Both the position numbers and the translations under genes were made by a program. From an uncultured Gammaproteobacteria bacterium (GTDB taxonomy: Bacteria; Patescibacteriota; Patescibacteriia; Magasanikbacterales; GWA2-37-8): a stretch of 64,000 bases of DNA. A model generated the notes under the pieces. That model worked only from the letters and a program-made list of their open reading frames with translations, was not told the DNA's origin and searched no databases. The stretch covers positions 9,444 to 73,443 of the forward strand of contig CAZQUL010000002.1 of NCBI GenBank assembly GCA_964596525.1, read 5' to 3'. Shown here piece after piece: positions 41,452-51,398 of this stretch. The first letter of the stretch is position 1; each line of letters opens with the position of its first letter.

Positions 41452-42012
41452 ATGCTCGTCCTCATCTCCGCTCCTGGCGGCGTTGGCAAAGATTCGGTCA
41501 TCCGCGGACTTCTCACCGCACTCCCTAACGCCGCGCGCAACATTACCACTACTTCGCGACGGATGCGCATGGGCGAAACCAACGGCCGCGACTACTACTT
41601 TATCACCGCACCGGATTTTCAGGAGAAAATCGCCCGCCATGATTTCATTGAACACAACTTCTTCACCGGTAACTACTACGGCACAGAGCGCGAACCGCTA
41701 CAGAAACTTCTGGCCACCCACGATGTGGTTATTACCCAGGCCGACATCAATGGCAAAGCAGCTTTCGACAAAGAAGGTGTTCCCCACTTATCAGTCTTTC
41801 TTCTTCCCGACAACTTAGAGGTGCTGCGCGCACGGCTCGAAAAACGTGGGAGCATGACGCCGGAGCAGATTGACGAGCGTCTCCGTTTAGCCGAAAAGGA
41901 GATACAAGCAGCACCCACCTACGATATACAGATCGTCAATAAAGAGGGAAAATTAGACCAAACTATTGAGGAACTGGCCAAAATCATTCGCACTCGGCTT
42001 GGCCAAGGTTAG
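41452..42012 (+). CDS. gmk: Guanylate kinase
   Basis: P-loop ISAPGGVGKDS and the TTSRRMRMGETNGRDYYFI motif typical of Gmk. Confidence 0.8.
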   Translation: MLVLISAPGGVGKDSVIRGLLTALPNAARNITTTSRRMRMGETNGRDYYFITAPDFQEKIARHDFIEHNFFTGNYYGTEREPLQKLLATHDVVITQADINGKAAFDKEGVPHLSVFLLPDNLEVLRARLEKRGSMTPEQIDERLRLAEKEIQAAPTYDIQIVNKEGKLDQTIEELAKIIRTRLGQG

Positions 42013-42016
42013 GCCC

Positions 42017-42045
42017 TTGACAAGACGCAAAGGATTGGCTAAGAT
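42017..42045 (+). promoter_or_regulatory. Sigma70-like promoter for rplS (TTGACA-17-TAAGAT)
   Basis: Hexamers about 30 bp upstream of rplS. Confidence 0.45.
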
Positions 42046-42075
42046 AGAGCCACTCTAAACAGGACTTCATTTTTT

Positions 42076-42423
42076 ATGACCGCAGCCACACAATCAATGC
42101 TCGACTACAAACCCGGCATGGTGGTAAAAGTTCACCACAAAATCAAAGAACTTAACGCTAAAGGTGAAGAAAAAGAACGTATCCAGACGTACGAAGGCAC
42201 CATCATCGCGGTACGCCACCACAAAGAACAGGGCGCCACGATTACGGTCCGCAAAGTCTCGGATGGCGTCGGAGTGGAAAAAATCTTCCCGATCTACTCC
42301 CCTATCATCGACAAAGTTGAGCTCATCAAGCACCTTCGCGTGCGCCGTGCCAAACTCAACTTCATGCGTGATAAAGACTTCAAACGCCGCCTTAAAGAAC
42401 ATAAAGTCGAAACAGCCGCGTAA
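42076..42423 (+). CDS. rplS: 50S ribosomal protein L19
   Basis: FKPGMVVKVHHKIKE...RIQTYEGTIIA matches L19. Confidence 0.9.
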   Translation: MTAATQSMLDYKPGMVVKVHHKIKELNAKGEEKERIQTYEGTIIAVRHHKEQGATITVRKVSDGVGVEKIFPIYSPIIDKVELIKHLRVRRAKLNFMRDKDFKRRLKEHKVETAA

Positions 42424-42463
42424 CTTCAAAACCCGCTCTCCCGAGCGGGTTTTAGGACTCTTT

Positions 42464-43408
42464 ATGCCTATTCCCCTTATCACCATCGTCGGCGCCACTG
42501 CGAGCGGCAAAACCGCGCTCGGCATCCGTTTGGCTCAGCGCTTTAACGGTGCAGTGATTTCGGCGGATTCACGGCATGTGTACCGCAACCTCACGATCGG
42601 TACCGGCAAACCAGCTTACGCCTCCTTAAAAACTAAAGAACAGGACGGCGACGCGGTCGCGGTAGAAGGTATTCCCCATCATCTCATTGATATCTGCAAT
42701 CCGGATACACCGTTCACCGTCGTTGATTTTAAGCGCCGCGCACTCCAGTGCCTTACGTTCATCCACAACTACCAAAAGATCCCTTTTCTTGTCGGTGGTA
42801 CCGGACTCTACGTTAAGAGTATTGTTGATAATTTAGAACCAACCACACCGCCCGATCCCGGTGTGCGAGCGCATATAGCCAAACTGGCGCTCACAGAAAA
42901 ACAAACTTTGTTAAAACAGTTGGATGCCAAGGTATTTGCCGCGATAGACAGTAATAATCCGCGACGCGTGGAGCGGGCGCTCGAGAAACTCATCAGCCCG
43001 CAGCAACTGAACGAAAAAATACCGTCTACGCCGACCCCTCCTCTGAATCTTCTTCAGATTGGCCTTAACCCACTACCCGAGCGTCTTTACGCTGCCATCG
43101 ACCGACGTATCGATGAACAACTCGAGCGCGGGCTGGTGGATGAGGTACGAGGCCTGCTAGCAGCTGGTTATACGTTTAGTTTGCCGAGCCTGGCCACCAT
43201 CGGCTATACAGAGATCGGAGCGTATCTGAGAGGCGAAGCGACTCTTCCCGAGGCTATTCGCCGACTGCGGTTCGACACGCGCCACTATGCCAAACGGCAG
43301 TATACCTGGTTCAAAAAGGATGCGCGCATACACTGGTTCTCTAGCCCTGAAGACCCTGCAATCGACGCACTCGTCGCTGGGTTTCTAAAAACCACCACCC
43401 GGTTATAG
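42464..43408 (+). CDS. miaA: tRNA dimethylallyltransferase
   Basis: P-loop GATASGKT and the ISADSRHVY motif. The ATG at 42464 was chosen; the 100-codon upstream extension of this ORF overlaps rplS and was discarded. Confidence 0.9.
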   Translation: MPIPLITIVGATASGKTALGIRLAQRFNGAVISADSRHVYRNLTIGTGKPAYASLKTKEQDGDAVAVEGIPHHLIDICNPDTPFTVVDFKRRALQCLTFIHNYQKIPFLVGGTGLYVKSIVDNLEPTTPPDPGVRAHIAKLALTEKQTLLKQLDAKVFAAIDSNNPRRVERALEKLISPQQLNEKIPSTPTPPLNLLQIGLNPLPERLYAAIDRRIDEQLERGLVDEVRGLLAAGYTFSLPSLATIGYTEIGAYLRGEATLPEAIRRLRFDTRHYAKRQYTWFKKDARIHWFSSPEDPAIDALVAGFLKTTTRL

Positions 43409-43433
43409 GGTGGTGGTTTTTTGGAAGAATCGT

Positions 43434-45290
43434 TTAGCGGGCCACGAGAAGCGGGTTACCGGTGAGGCTTATTTTTTCACCGGTTACCGCATCTTCACCC
43501 GTAATCATTACTTTGGATATAAGCGTTGTTTGGGTGGTGTTAGAACTTTTCAGGGTTACTTTGAAGGGCCAGGCTGCAACATCGAGGGTTTCGGGCAATT
43601 CTGGAATAGACCAGGTAAGTTTTTTGGTTCCAGCATCGAACGCGGCCGAACCGACCGGTACCGCATCCATACCAGCAACACTCACATCACCAAAAAGATC
43701 GGCCTGAACAGTTATATTCTTTAGACTATTAAGCGAATTGGTAAGCATCCACGTCACCTGATGCTCGTTGGCCGATGCGCCAGGAGCAAGCGCTTCGCGG
43801 CGCATCTCAAAGCTCAGGTTAGAGCCGAGAGTAATAACGCGTGGGGTAAGCGAATACACTACTGGCGTTCCAGAAGCGTTCACAAAACTCAAACCTCCGG
43901 TAAGGCGAATCGTACGCTCGTTAACCAACGAGAGATCGAAGCGATCGGTGCCGCGGATGGGGAGCGTCACGTTGAATACGAGTTCCTGATCCGGCGCGAG
44001 ATTGGCGAGTTTGGACTCATGATCCTTAGCCCAGCTAATCACGCCTTGGCGAATAACATCGCTTATCTGCTCGCCGCGAACGTCGCCGTCAAGGGGATCT
44101 TTAAGTTTTGACCAATCGAGAATGCTCTGACGGTTGAGCGACGGGGCTTGAAAAATAAGGCGTGCCGTACCGTTCTTGAGGGCAGCACCGGTCGTATTTT
44201 TGAACGAAAAAGCGATCGTGAGCGTCTCACCCGGAGCGCTCGTGTGGTTAAGCCCAGTGTTCCCATTCACCGAAAGCACCACACCATCAAGTACGGGGCT
44301 CGTGATTTTAGATACAATACTCCCCTCCGCAATCGCTACGGGTTGGGCTAAAGAAGGGGCAATAACCTGAAGCGCGGCGCCGATTTCGGTTGTGCCCTCG
44401 CCACTATCTTGGGGTTGCACGCGGGCACTAAAGACATGGGTGGACGTGGGCGTATTAACAGGAATCGTCCAACGCCCGGCTTTGTTGATTGCTGGAGTCG
44501 AGGACACCACCTTGCCACCTTCTTTAAGGGCAGGTACGAGCTCAAGGGCATACGGGAACGGGGTGGCGGCGAGTTTGACGGTAAAGGTATAGACGTCGTC
44601 GCTTCCAGATGCCACTTCGGCCGGACCCATAACACTCACGGTCACTGGATTATCCCCCACCTTGGACTCGAAGGAAGCAGTTTCTTGTACCAAAGAATTA
44701 ATGCTTTCGGCCTGGTAGCTTAAAACGCCGCGCCACGTACGCGTTTCTCCCTTTCGACCGAATAAAAAGCCCGTAACTTTAATATCAGCGGAGCTGTGCG
44801 CCGGGATGGTACCTAAATCCCATTCAGTGCTGCCAGCGTTACGGGCTTTAAGCGACGTGGTAACTACGACGAAACCGACGGGATAACGAAGCGTGGCCAC
44901 GGTCTTTTCGAGCGGCCGATCAGTATTGTTTTTGTAACTAAAGACATACGTAGATGCCACGCCGAACCGCGCCTCAGTAGGACCGCTCACCGCGATCTGT
45001 ACGCCTTCTTTAGCAGCAGGTGATTTGTCCGAGAAAAAAGCAAGCACAATCCACACACCAAAAGATCCGACCACTACGAGTGTCACGAAAACGGTCGCGA
45101 TTTTGGCAAACAGCGACGTTTTACGCACTTCGATCGTCGTCATATCCGGCAGGTCGCCGTTCTCATTTTTATAGATGGCATCAAGCTTGGCTCGCACCTC
45201 TTCATCGCGCTCACGTGAAGAAGTACGGTGCGGCGGCTTGCGGTGCTGGTGTTCGCCTGAGGCATTGTCGCGTACAGGTCGCGCAGACAT
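43434..45290 (-). CDS. Large membrane-anchored extracellular protein, hypothetical
   Basis: A short cytoplasmic N-terminus, one TM helix (IATVFVTLVVVGSFGVWIVLAFF) and about 530 aa of beta-rich extracellular sequence. Start placed at MSARPV, which avoids overlap with the upstream gene. Confidence 0.6.
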   Translation of the reverse strand: MSARPVRDNASGEHQHRKPPHRTSSRERDEEVRAKLDAIYKNENGDLPDMTTIEVRKTSLFAKIATVFVTLVVVGSFGVWIVLAFFSDKSPAAKEGVQIAVSGPTEARFGVASTYVFSYKNNTDRPLEKTVATLRYPVGFVVVTTSLKARNAGSTEWDLGTIPAHSSADIKVTGFLFGRKGETRTWRGVLSYQAESINSLVQETASFESKVGDNPVTVSVMGPAEVASGSDDVYTFTVKLAATPFPYALELVPALKEGGKVVSSTPAINKAGRWTIPVNTPTSTHVFSARVQPQDSGEGTTEIGAALQVIAPSLAQPVAIAEGSIVSKITSPVLDGVVLSVNGNTGLNHTSAPGETLTIAFSFKNTTGAALKNGTARLIFQAPSLNRQSILDWSKLKDPLDGDVRGEQISDVIRQGVISWAKDHESKLANLAPDQELVFNVTLPIRGTDRFDLSLVNERTIRLTGGLSFVNASGTPVVYSLTPRVITLGSNLSFEMRREALAPGASANEHQVTWMLTNSLNSLKNITVQADLFGDVSVAGMDAVPVGSAAFDAGTKKLTWSIPELPETLDVAAWPFKVTLKSSNTTQTTLISKVMITGEDAVTGEKISLTGNPLLVAR

Positions 45291-45327
45291 ATGAAAAGGA
45301 CAAGAATTAAGGAGGCGCCACCGGAAA

Positions 45328-48060
45328 TTACGGATTCTTCTCAAAAGCAACGGCCCAGGTGGTATCCGAGCGCAAGAGCGGCACGGTGAAAAGCGCGCCG
45401 TTTTTAACAACAGTCACATCGCCGTTCTTCCATACCGGTGTCCAACCGTCCGGGAAGATGATTTGGCTAGCAAACGAGCTTTCAACCCCTGACTGCCGGC
45501 CAAGCACCAAGCGATAGGTATCGAGAACTTTAGTATCAGCACCTTTATTGAGGGTACCTAAGCGGAACGGAAGACGATAGCTGATTTCTACCGTTGAGGT
45601 AGTGCCTGGCTCGGTAACAATCCAGTTAGCAAACGCGTACTTACCGAACTCTTTGGTAACGCGCGTACCTGTTTTGGGGTCTTTGGCAACTTCGGTTTCG
45701 TGACGGGCAATATCTGCATCTGGCACGGACCATTTGTCTGGTGCGCGGAAATTCTTTTCATCTGGCCAGCTGAAACCTTTGGCTTCGATGAGTTCGCTGC
45801 CTTCAGGAACGTAGAAACGAATGTAGTTGATATTCGGTTTACCGTAGAACTTCTCGCCTGGCGTGCCGTAATGACCGCGGCTTACAGTTACGGTATTAAC
45901 GAGTGAACCATCGGCTTCGACGACTGTTTGGTGGGTAACGGCCTGGCGGATCTTCGCGTCGCTTTTTTCACCTTGGATGTTGGTGTTGACGACCATGAGA
46001 TAGTCGTCGGTCGGCGCGGTTTTGGCAATGGTTCCGCCCCAGCCGAAGTCGACGATATGCGCCTCAGCTTCCGGATCCGAGAAATAAATCTGGATGTCTT
46101 TCTGATCCAAAGCTTCTTTGAGATTGATGAGAAGCGGAGCGAGCGATTCGGCCTTAAGGGACGAGAAATAGCTCATGAACGTGTGAGCTGTATCTTGGAT
46201 GATCTGCTTAGGTTTATTGGCTTTTTTCTCTGCACCTTCTTCAACAACGGACTGAATGACCGAGAGGGCCGATGAAGCGTCCAGTGTAAGGCCGCGTTTT
46301 TCATCGCTAAGCGGCCCGACAATACTGAGGAGGCGAGGTAGCACAGCACTATTGATGGCGATAACTCCATCTACGCCACCACGTTCGCTATTGCGGTAAA
46401 ACCACAGCATTTTTTCGGCACTGGCCGCGAAATCCGGGAACCAGTTAGCATCCTGGAATTCCCAGCGCTTGTTGAGCATAAGAAAGGGTGCGGGCGGAAC
46501 AAGGAATTTGCGCAGCTGCCCTTCGACGTCATAAGTACCGCCAGCCGGAACATCAAAACGCACGATTTTACCGTCGCGCACATCGACTTCAGCAAAACTG
46601 CCCATAAAACCTCCGGTCGGGCGGATTTCTGCGGAATTCTGGAAGACGACGAGATAGCGGCGCAATCCTTTGGCTCCGGCAACTTCGTTAATCACGTCAC
46701 CGGCGCGAGCGATCTGGTTAAGATCTTCGACTGCCGAAGAAAAAACCAGCTTGAGTTCGATAAATGTTTTCTGGTATTCTGGCGGCACCTGGCTTGGCTC
46801 GACCGCGGACAAAAGCTCAAGCGCGCGGTTGTAATGCGGCATAGCACCGCGGATATGGCGGACAATGGTTTGCGTTTTAGCGAGCAACGAAGCTTCCGAC
46901 GTATCGGCCACGGTTTCGTTGATGCCTTTGATAAGGTAGGTATTACCGAGGCTAATGCTCTGACCGGCTTCGATGAGCGACATGCGACCTTTCACTTCAG
47001 GGCCGACAAGCGGCATAAACGAAGCAACTTTCTGGAGCACAGTGTGTTCACGTGAGAGCGTATCGAGGGCGGACGTGAAGTGCGACAGAGCGTTCACCGT
47101 ATGCTCGCCAGCCGAGGCAATGTTGGCTGAAAGAAGCGCGCCGGTTGATTCTTGGAGCGCCATAAAGCCTTCGGCACTGTCGTTCGTAACAGCGGCGGCG
47201 GTTTGTTTGAGGGAGAAATAGTAACTTTCAACGCGATTCGGAACGATAGCAAGGAAAAGCAGTGCGACCAAGGCAAACGCGAGCCGTTTCTGCCATACAA
47301 AACCACCAAAATTAAGCCATTGCCAGCGCGGAGATTGGGCATCGGCAACAATATCCACTGGTGGCAGTGGCTTAGGTTCGGGAAGAATTTTTCCTTTCGC
47401 AGGCACAGCAACCGCAGGCAGCTCTTGGGTAACTTCGGATACATGGATTTTTTCTCCGACCGGCACCATGACCAACCCTTCGTCATCATCAGGATCAACG
47501 GATTTCCAACGCTCCGGAGCAAACTTGTCTTTTAAAATCGCCAAATCCTTGCGAGCTTTGGGCAGGTTAAGAGTAGGAATGGTAACAGTAAAAGTTTTTT
47601 TACCGATCAACGCAGGCGGGGCTGATGCTTCCTCAACAATTTCTGGGGTAACTTCGGGGGTGACAGAACTCTCTAGGACAGCTGGCATGGTCTGATGCTT
47701 TTTCTCAACATCCAGTTGGTGCGAAAAAGCGGTTAGCGCTGTTGGCTCGACTGATGGTTCTACACCTTCGTACGTGGTGGCGTGGGATTTAAGATCTACT
47801 ACGTGGCGGGAATGACGCGGTTTAAAATCAACATGATGCACGAAAAACCGCACAGGGTTCGGTGAGGCTTTGGGGGTTAGTGGCGACGCCGGTTTCGATC
47901 GTCGGATGATGGTGGTCGTGGGTTGCTCTTGCGCTTTGGCCGGACACGTACCGGTGTTGTGACCTGTTTTTTGGCAGAGTCGACAGCGGCGTAGCTGGGG
48001 ACGAGAAGCAGTCATGGTCGTCGGGAACAAATAAAGATCTCCTCCCCACGAGTATACCAT
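45328..48060 (-). CDS. DUF4012-domain membrane protein with N-terminal CCHC zinc knuckle
   Basis: RPTGGFMGSFAEVDV region characteristic of DUF4012. TM helix LAFALVALLFLAIV. N-terminal CRLCQKTGHNTGTC fits CX2CX4HX4C. Start uncertain: it may be the internal MTASRPQ. Confidence 0.7.
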   Translation of the reverse strand: MVYSWGGDLYLFPTTMTASRPQLRRCRLCQKTGHNTGTCPAKAQEQPTTTIIRRSKPASPLTPKASPNPVRFFVHHVDFKPRHSRHVVDLKSHATTYEGVEPSVEPTALTAFSHQLDVEKKHQTMPAVLESSVTPEVTPEIVEEASAPPALIGKKTFTVTIPTLNLPKARKDLAILKDKFAPERWKSVDPDDDEGLVMVPVGEKIHVSEVTQELPAVAVPAKGKILPEPKPLPPVDIVADAQSPRWQWLNFGGFVWQKRLAFALVALLFLAIVPNRVESYYFSLKQTAAAVTNDSAEGFMALQESTGALLSANIASAGEHTVNALSHFTSALDTLSREHTVLQKVASFMPLVGPEVKGRMSLIEAGQSISLGNTYLIKGINETVADTSEASLLAKTQTIVRHIRGAMPHYNRALELLSAVEPSQVPPEYQKTFIELKLVFSSAVEDLNQIARAGDVINEVAGAKGLRRYLVVFQNSAEIRPTGGFMGSFAEVDVRDGKIVRFDVPAGGTYDVEGQLRKFLVPPAPFLMLNKRWEFQDANWFPDFAASAEKMLWFYRNSERGGVDGVIAINSAVLPRLLSIVGPLSDEKRGLTLDASSALSVIQSVVEEGAEKKANKPKQIIQDTAHTFMSYFSSLKAESLAPLLINLKEALDQKDIQIYFSDPEAEAHIVDFGWGGTIAKTAPTDDYLMVVNTNIQGEKSDAKIRQAVTHQTVVEADGSLVNTVTVSRGHYGTPGEKFYGKPNINYIRFYVPEGSELIEAKGFSWPDEKNFRAPDKWSVPDADIARHETEVAKDPKTGTRVTKEFGKYAFANWIVTEPGTTSTVEISYRLPFRLGTLNKGADTKVLDTYRLVLGRQSGVESSFASQIIFPDGWTPVWKNGDVTVVKNGALFTVPLLRSDTTWAVAFEKNP

Positions 48061-48097
48061 GTTTTGGGATTAGAAAAAACCCACCATGGAGGTGGAT

Positions 48098-48550
48098 TTA
48101 CTGATGCCGTGCGAGCAGTGGAATAACTGGGCCGAGTGGTTCGATTTTTCTGTTTTGGAAGAGGTCACGCCAGGCCGAAACCGTTTGTCCAACACGGGTG
48201 GGCATGCCGACAATGGCAAGCCACTGCTCTGTACAAGCTCCATTTTCGCGCAGGAAAGGATTTTCTACCTCGATGAGCTCGAGTATAGTGTCTGCTTGAG
48301 CGTCGCGCATAGGAGAGATAAGCTTGAGCTTAAAGGGTCGCGACGCAGAGTGGCAGGTTAAATCCAGAAGGTCGACGATTGGCTCTTCCGGTTCGGGAAA
48401 AAAGTGCGCCAGCGGAGTTTGAGCACTCGTTGCAACAGACACATCCTCGGCCGAGCGCCGCTCCAGATGACGGGTGGAAATGAGCTGACTACTAGTACGC
48501 TCCCGGCCAGCGTCGATGACAAGAAACGGCTCAAGCACCAAAATAACCAT
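48098..48550 (-). CDS. Hypothetical protein
   Basis: 150-aa ORF co-oriented and adjacent to the Nudix gene. No motifs recognised. Confidence 0.45.
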   Translation of the reverse strand: MVILVLEPFLVIDAGRERTSSQLISTRHLERRSAEDVSVATSAQTPLAHFFPEPEEPIVDLLDLTCHSASRPFKLKLISPMRDAQADTILELIEVENPFLRENGACTEQWLAIVGMPTRVGQTVSAWRDLFQNRKIEPLGPVIPLLARHQ

Positions 48551-48562
48551 GCTAAGGACTCC

Positions 48563-48979
48563 TTAGGCGCACGCCTCATCCAAATGAGCAAAGAGTGCGC
48601 GGTTGTAGACCGCGAATGTTCCGGTAAGCAGAGCTTCACGCCCCACTAAACCAACAAGCGAGCCTTCACCGTTTAGTCGCGGCTCGCGAGAGAAATCTGA
48701 CGGCAGCGCACCCTGGTACTCAAAGGCTACTGCCATAAAATCTCCATCAACAAGCTCAAAGACCACGACCAAGAACTCAGGATCAAGCATGAGACCAGCT
48801 TCTTCAAAGGCTTCTCGGACCATGGCCTGCACGTCGGTTTCACCCTCTTCTACCTTTCCTCCAACAAGACCCCAATCGTTGGTTGTATGGCGGCGGGTGA
48901 CGCCAAGGTAACGGCCGTCTGAGTGCCGGATTACCAGGCACACCGCCCTTTTCGCAACTCCTGTACGTTGTGTTTTCAT
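48563..48979 (-). CDS. NUDIX hydrolase
   Basis: Nudix box GGKVEEGETDVQAMVREAFEEAG. Confidence 0.7.
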   Translation of the reverse strand: MKTQRTGVAKRAVCLVIRHSDGRYLGVTRRHTTNDWGLVGGKVEEGETDVQAMVREAFEEAGLMLDPEFLVVVFELVDGDFMAVAFEYQGALPSDFSREPRLNGEGSLVGLVGREALLTGTFAVYNRALFAHLDEACA

Positions 48980-49054
48980 GGAACTGTACTCCTGACAACG
49001 CCTCCAGCTTGCCGCTTTTACCTAGCTTTGTCAATAAGATAAGCCAAAAGCTCT

Positions 49055-49082
49055 TGACAAGATACCTGACGTACCGTATTCT
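49055..49082 (+). promoter_or_regulatory. Sigma70-like promoter for rpsB-tsf (TTGACA-16-TATTCT)
   Basis: Hexamers about 120 nt upstream of rpsB, leaving a leader. Confidence 0.45.
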
Positions 49083-49200
49083 AGCGGTACTTTATTAATC
49101 ACTCATCAACCCCTGAGCGACACACGCCCAGAGAGCGCACAGCGCTTTTCCTCCTTGCGACCACTCGCGAGGCTTGGTTGAGAGGATAAAAGGAAAGCAT

Positions 49201-49977
49201 ATGAAAAACACTCCAACGCTTTTGGAGATGCTTAAAGCCGGTGTCCATTTCGGTCATCAGGTGTCCCGCTGGCACCCCAAGATGGAACCGTACATTTTTG
49301 GTACCAAAAACGGTATCCACATCATTAATTTGGAACGGACTCTCGAGGAACTCGAGAAAACCTACGCTACGGTAAAGAAAATGGCGAGCGAAGGTAAAAC
49401 GATTCTTTTTGTCGGTACCAAACGCCAGGCCCGTGATATCACCCGCGAAGCTGCCGAAAAGGCCGGCATGCCCTACCTTACGGAACGCTGGATCGGTGGT
49501 CTTATCACCAACTTTGAAGAATGCAAACGCCGTCTCAAGAAATACCGCTCCCTGAAAGAACAGGTTGCAACCGGCGAAATCGAAAAATACATCAAAAAAG
49601 AACAGGTCATGCTCAAGAAACAACTTGAGAAAATGGACAAATACCTCGTCGGTTTGTCTAGCCTAGAGCGCATTCCGGATGCTCTCTACATCACTGACAT
49701 GCGCATCGAAAAAACCGCTGTCACCGAAGCGCGCGCCGTCGGCGTACCGGTAATCGGGGTGTGCGATACCAATGTCGACCCGAGCAAAGCCACCTGCGTC
49801 ATTCCGGCCAACGACGATGCGGTGAACGCCATCCGTCTTATGGCCTCCATCGTCGTCGATGCCATTAAAGAAGGCCGTGCCGAATGGGAAAAGAAACGCC
49901 AGGAATCCCAAAAGACCACGCCGGCTGAAGAACCCAAAAAAGAACGCCGCGCCCTTAAGAAAGAAGAATCCATCTAG
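49201..49977 (+). CDS. rpsB: 30S ribosomal protein S2
   Basis: LLEMLKAGVHFGHQVSRWHPKM is the canonical S2 N-terminus. Start at ATG 49201. Confidence 0.9.
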   Translation: MKNTPTLLEMLKAGVHFGHQVSRWHPKMEPYIFGTKNGIHIINLERTLEELEKTYATVKKMASEGKTILFVGTKRQARDITREAAEKAGMPYLTERWIGGLITNFEECKRRLKKYRSLKEQVATGEIEKYIKKEQVMLKKQLEKMDKYLVGLSSLERIPDALYITDMRIEKTAVTEARAVGVPVIGVCDTNVDPSKATCVIPANDDAVNAIRLMASIVVDAIKEGRAEWEKKRQESQKTTPAEEPKKERRALKKEESI

Positions 49978-50022
49978 CGGTTTCTTTTTCGCTCATTATA
50001 GCTTAAACTTCATTTCATCTCT

Positions 50023-50673
50023 ATGACTATCACCTCTCAAGATATCGCGAAACTGCGTGCCGCGACCGGTGCCGGCATGATGGATTGCAAAGCCGCACTC
50101 GAAGAAGCTGGTGGCGACATGGATAAAGCCGCGGAGCTCCTGCGCAAGAAAGGTATCGTCAAAGCCGCCAAACGCGCCGATAAAATCGCGGCCGAAGGCG
50201 TCATTATGAGCTACATCCATGCTGGCGGCAAAGTGGGCGTCCTCCTCGAACTTAACTGCGAAACCGACTTCGTGGGCCGCACCGAACGTTTCCAGAGTCT
50301 GGCCAAAGATCTCGCTTTGCACGTCGCTGCTGCTAACCCCAAATTCCTCGACCGCGCGAGTGTTCCAGCCGAACTCGTAGAAAAAGAAAAAGAAATATAC
50401 GCTGAACAGCTCAAAGCCCAGAACAAACCGGCTAACGTGCTTGAAGGCATCCTCAAAGGCAAGCTCGACAAATTCTACGAAGAAGTCTGCCTCCTCGAAC
50501 AGGTCTACGTAAAAGATGACACCAAAAAAATCGAACAGCTCCTCGCCGAAGTTTCGGCTGAGACCGGTGAAAAAACCACCATCCGCCGCTTCGTCCGCTT
50601 CGAACTCGGCGAAGGCATTGAAAAAGTGGAAAAGAATTTCGCCGAAGAAGTGGCTGAACAGCTCAAGAAATAA
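50023..50673 (+). CDS. tsf: Elongation factor Ts (short form)
   Basis: LRAATGAGMMDCKAALEEAGGDMDKAAELLRKKG UBA-like N-terminus. About 200 aa. Confidence 0.9.
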   Translation: MTITSQDIAKLRAATGAGMMDCKAALEEAGGDMDKAAELLRKKGIVKAAKRADKIAAEGVIMSYIHAGGKVGVLLELNCETDFVGRTERFQSLAKDLALHVAAANPKFLDRASVPAELVEKEKEIYAEQLKAQNKPANVLEGILKGKLDKFYEEVCLLEQVYVKDDTKKIEQLLAEVSAETGEKTTIRRFVRFELGEGIEKVEKNFAEEVAEQLKK

Positions 50674-50780
50674 CTCGTCAGTAAGAAACAAATCCAGGTT
50701 AAAAGCCTGGATTTGTTTTTGGGAATTATAAAAGCCCGCGTGAAAGACACGGGCTTATTTTGGGCGACGCAGTTATCGCA

Positions 50781-51149
50781 CTACGGATTAGCGTCTTCAA
50801 AGCGCTGGAAGGTGCCGCGGAAGCCGTAACGCTTCGCAATCTCCCCTTGCTTCCATGCCAGGCCGACGAAGCCTTCACCGCTGAAGTGGACGATACCCAC
50901 CTGGCGAGTACTGCATTCGACACTGACGGTCTTATTCTCACCTTCTGTCTCCAGCGGTCTTGCGACGATATCAGCACAACCACGGATGGTAACGGCGAAA
51001 CGGGGCTGGTCACCGGGAATGGTTACCAAATAGACCATTGGGCCCTTGCTATAGATCGCCGCGCCGTCTCCGGGATCGGCTTTGATCGAACCGGAGACAA
51101 GCAGGCTCACCGTCAAAGCAAGGCCAGCAAGAAACTTCGAAATCCGCAT
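50781..51149 (-). CDS. Small secreted hypothetical protein
   Basis: Signal peptide MRISKFLAGLALTVSLLVSGSIKA. 122 aa. Confidence 0.55.
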   Translation of the reverse strand: MRISKFLAGLALTVSLLVSGSIKADPGDGAAIYSKGPMVYLVTIPGDQPRFAVTIRGCADIVARPLETEGENKTVSVECSTRQVGIVHFSGEGFVGLAWKQGEIAKRYGFRGTFQRFEDANP

Positions 51150-51398
51150 CGGACACACTCCTTTTCTAAGACTCTCGGGGAAGCTTGTTTGTCCCGAGAA
51201 ATAAAGTCTCCTTATGCTTCTTTCTCAGGACAAGTGGTCGGCAAAACAATATTCTTATTAAGAGCCTAAAAAACTATATGAATATTGTCAAGAATATGAC
51301 GGGATAATTATTAAATTAAGGACCAGCGCGGACAGTAAATTTTAGCTTATTATACATAAAACAGCCTTATTCAGGCTGCTAGGGCGCAGAAACGACCA

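Noticed and set aside
42164-42463. N-terminal 100-codon extension of the miaA ORF overlapping rplS
   Set aside because: The extension is Ser/Lys-rich and overlaps the well-conserved rplS gene in another frame. The internal ATG at 42464 gives a canonical MiaA N-terminus with its P-loop.
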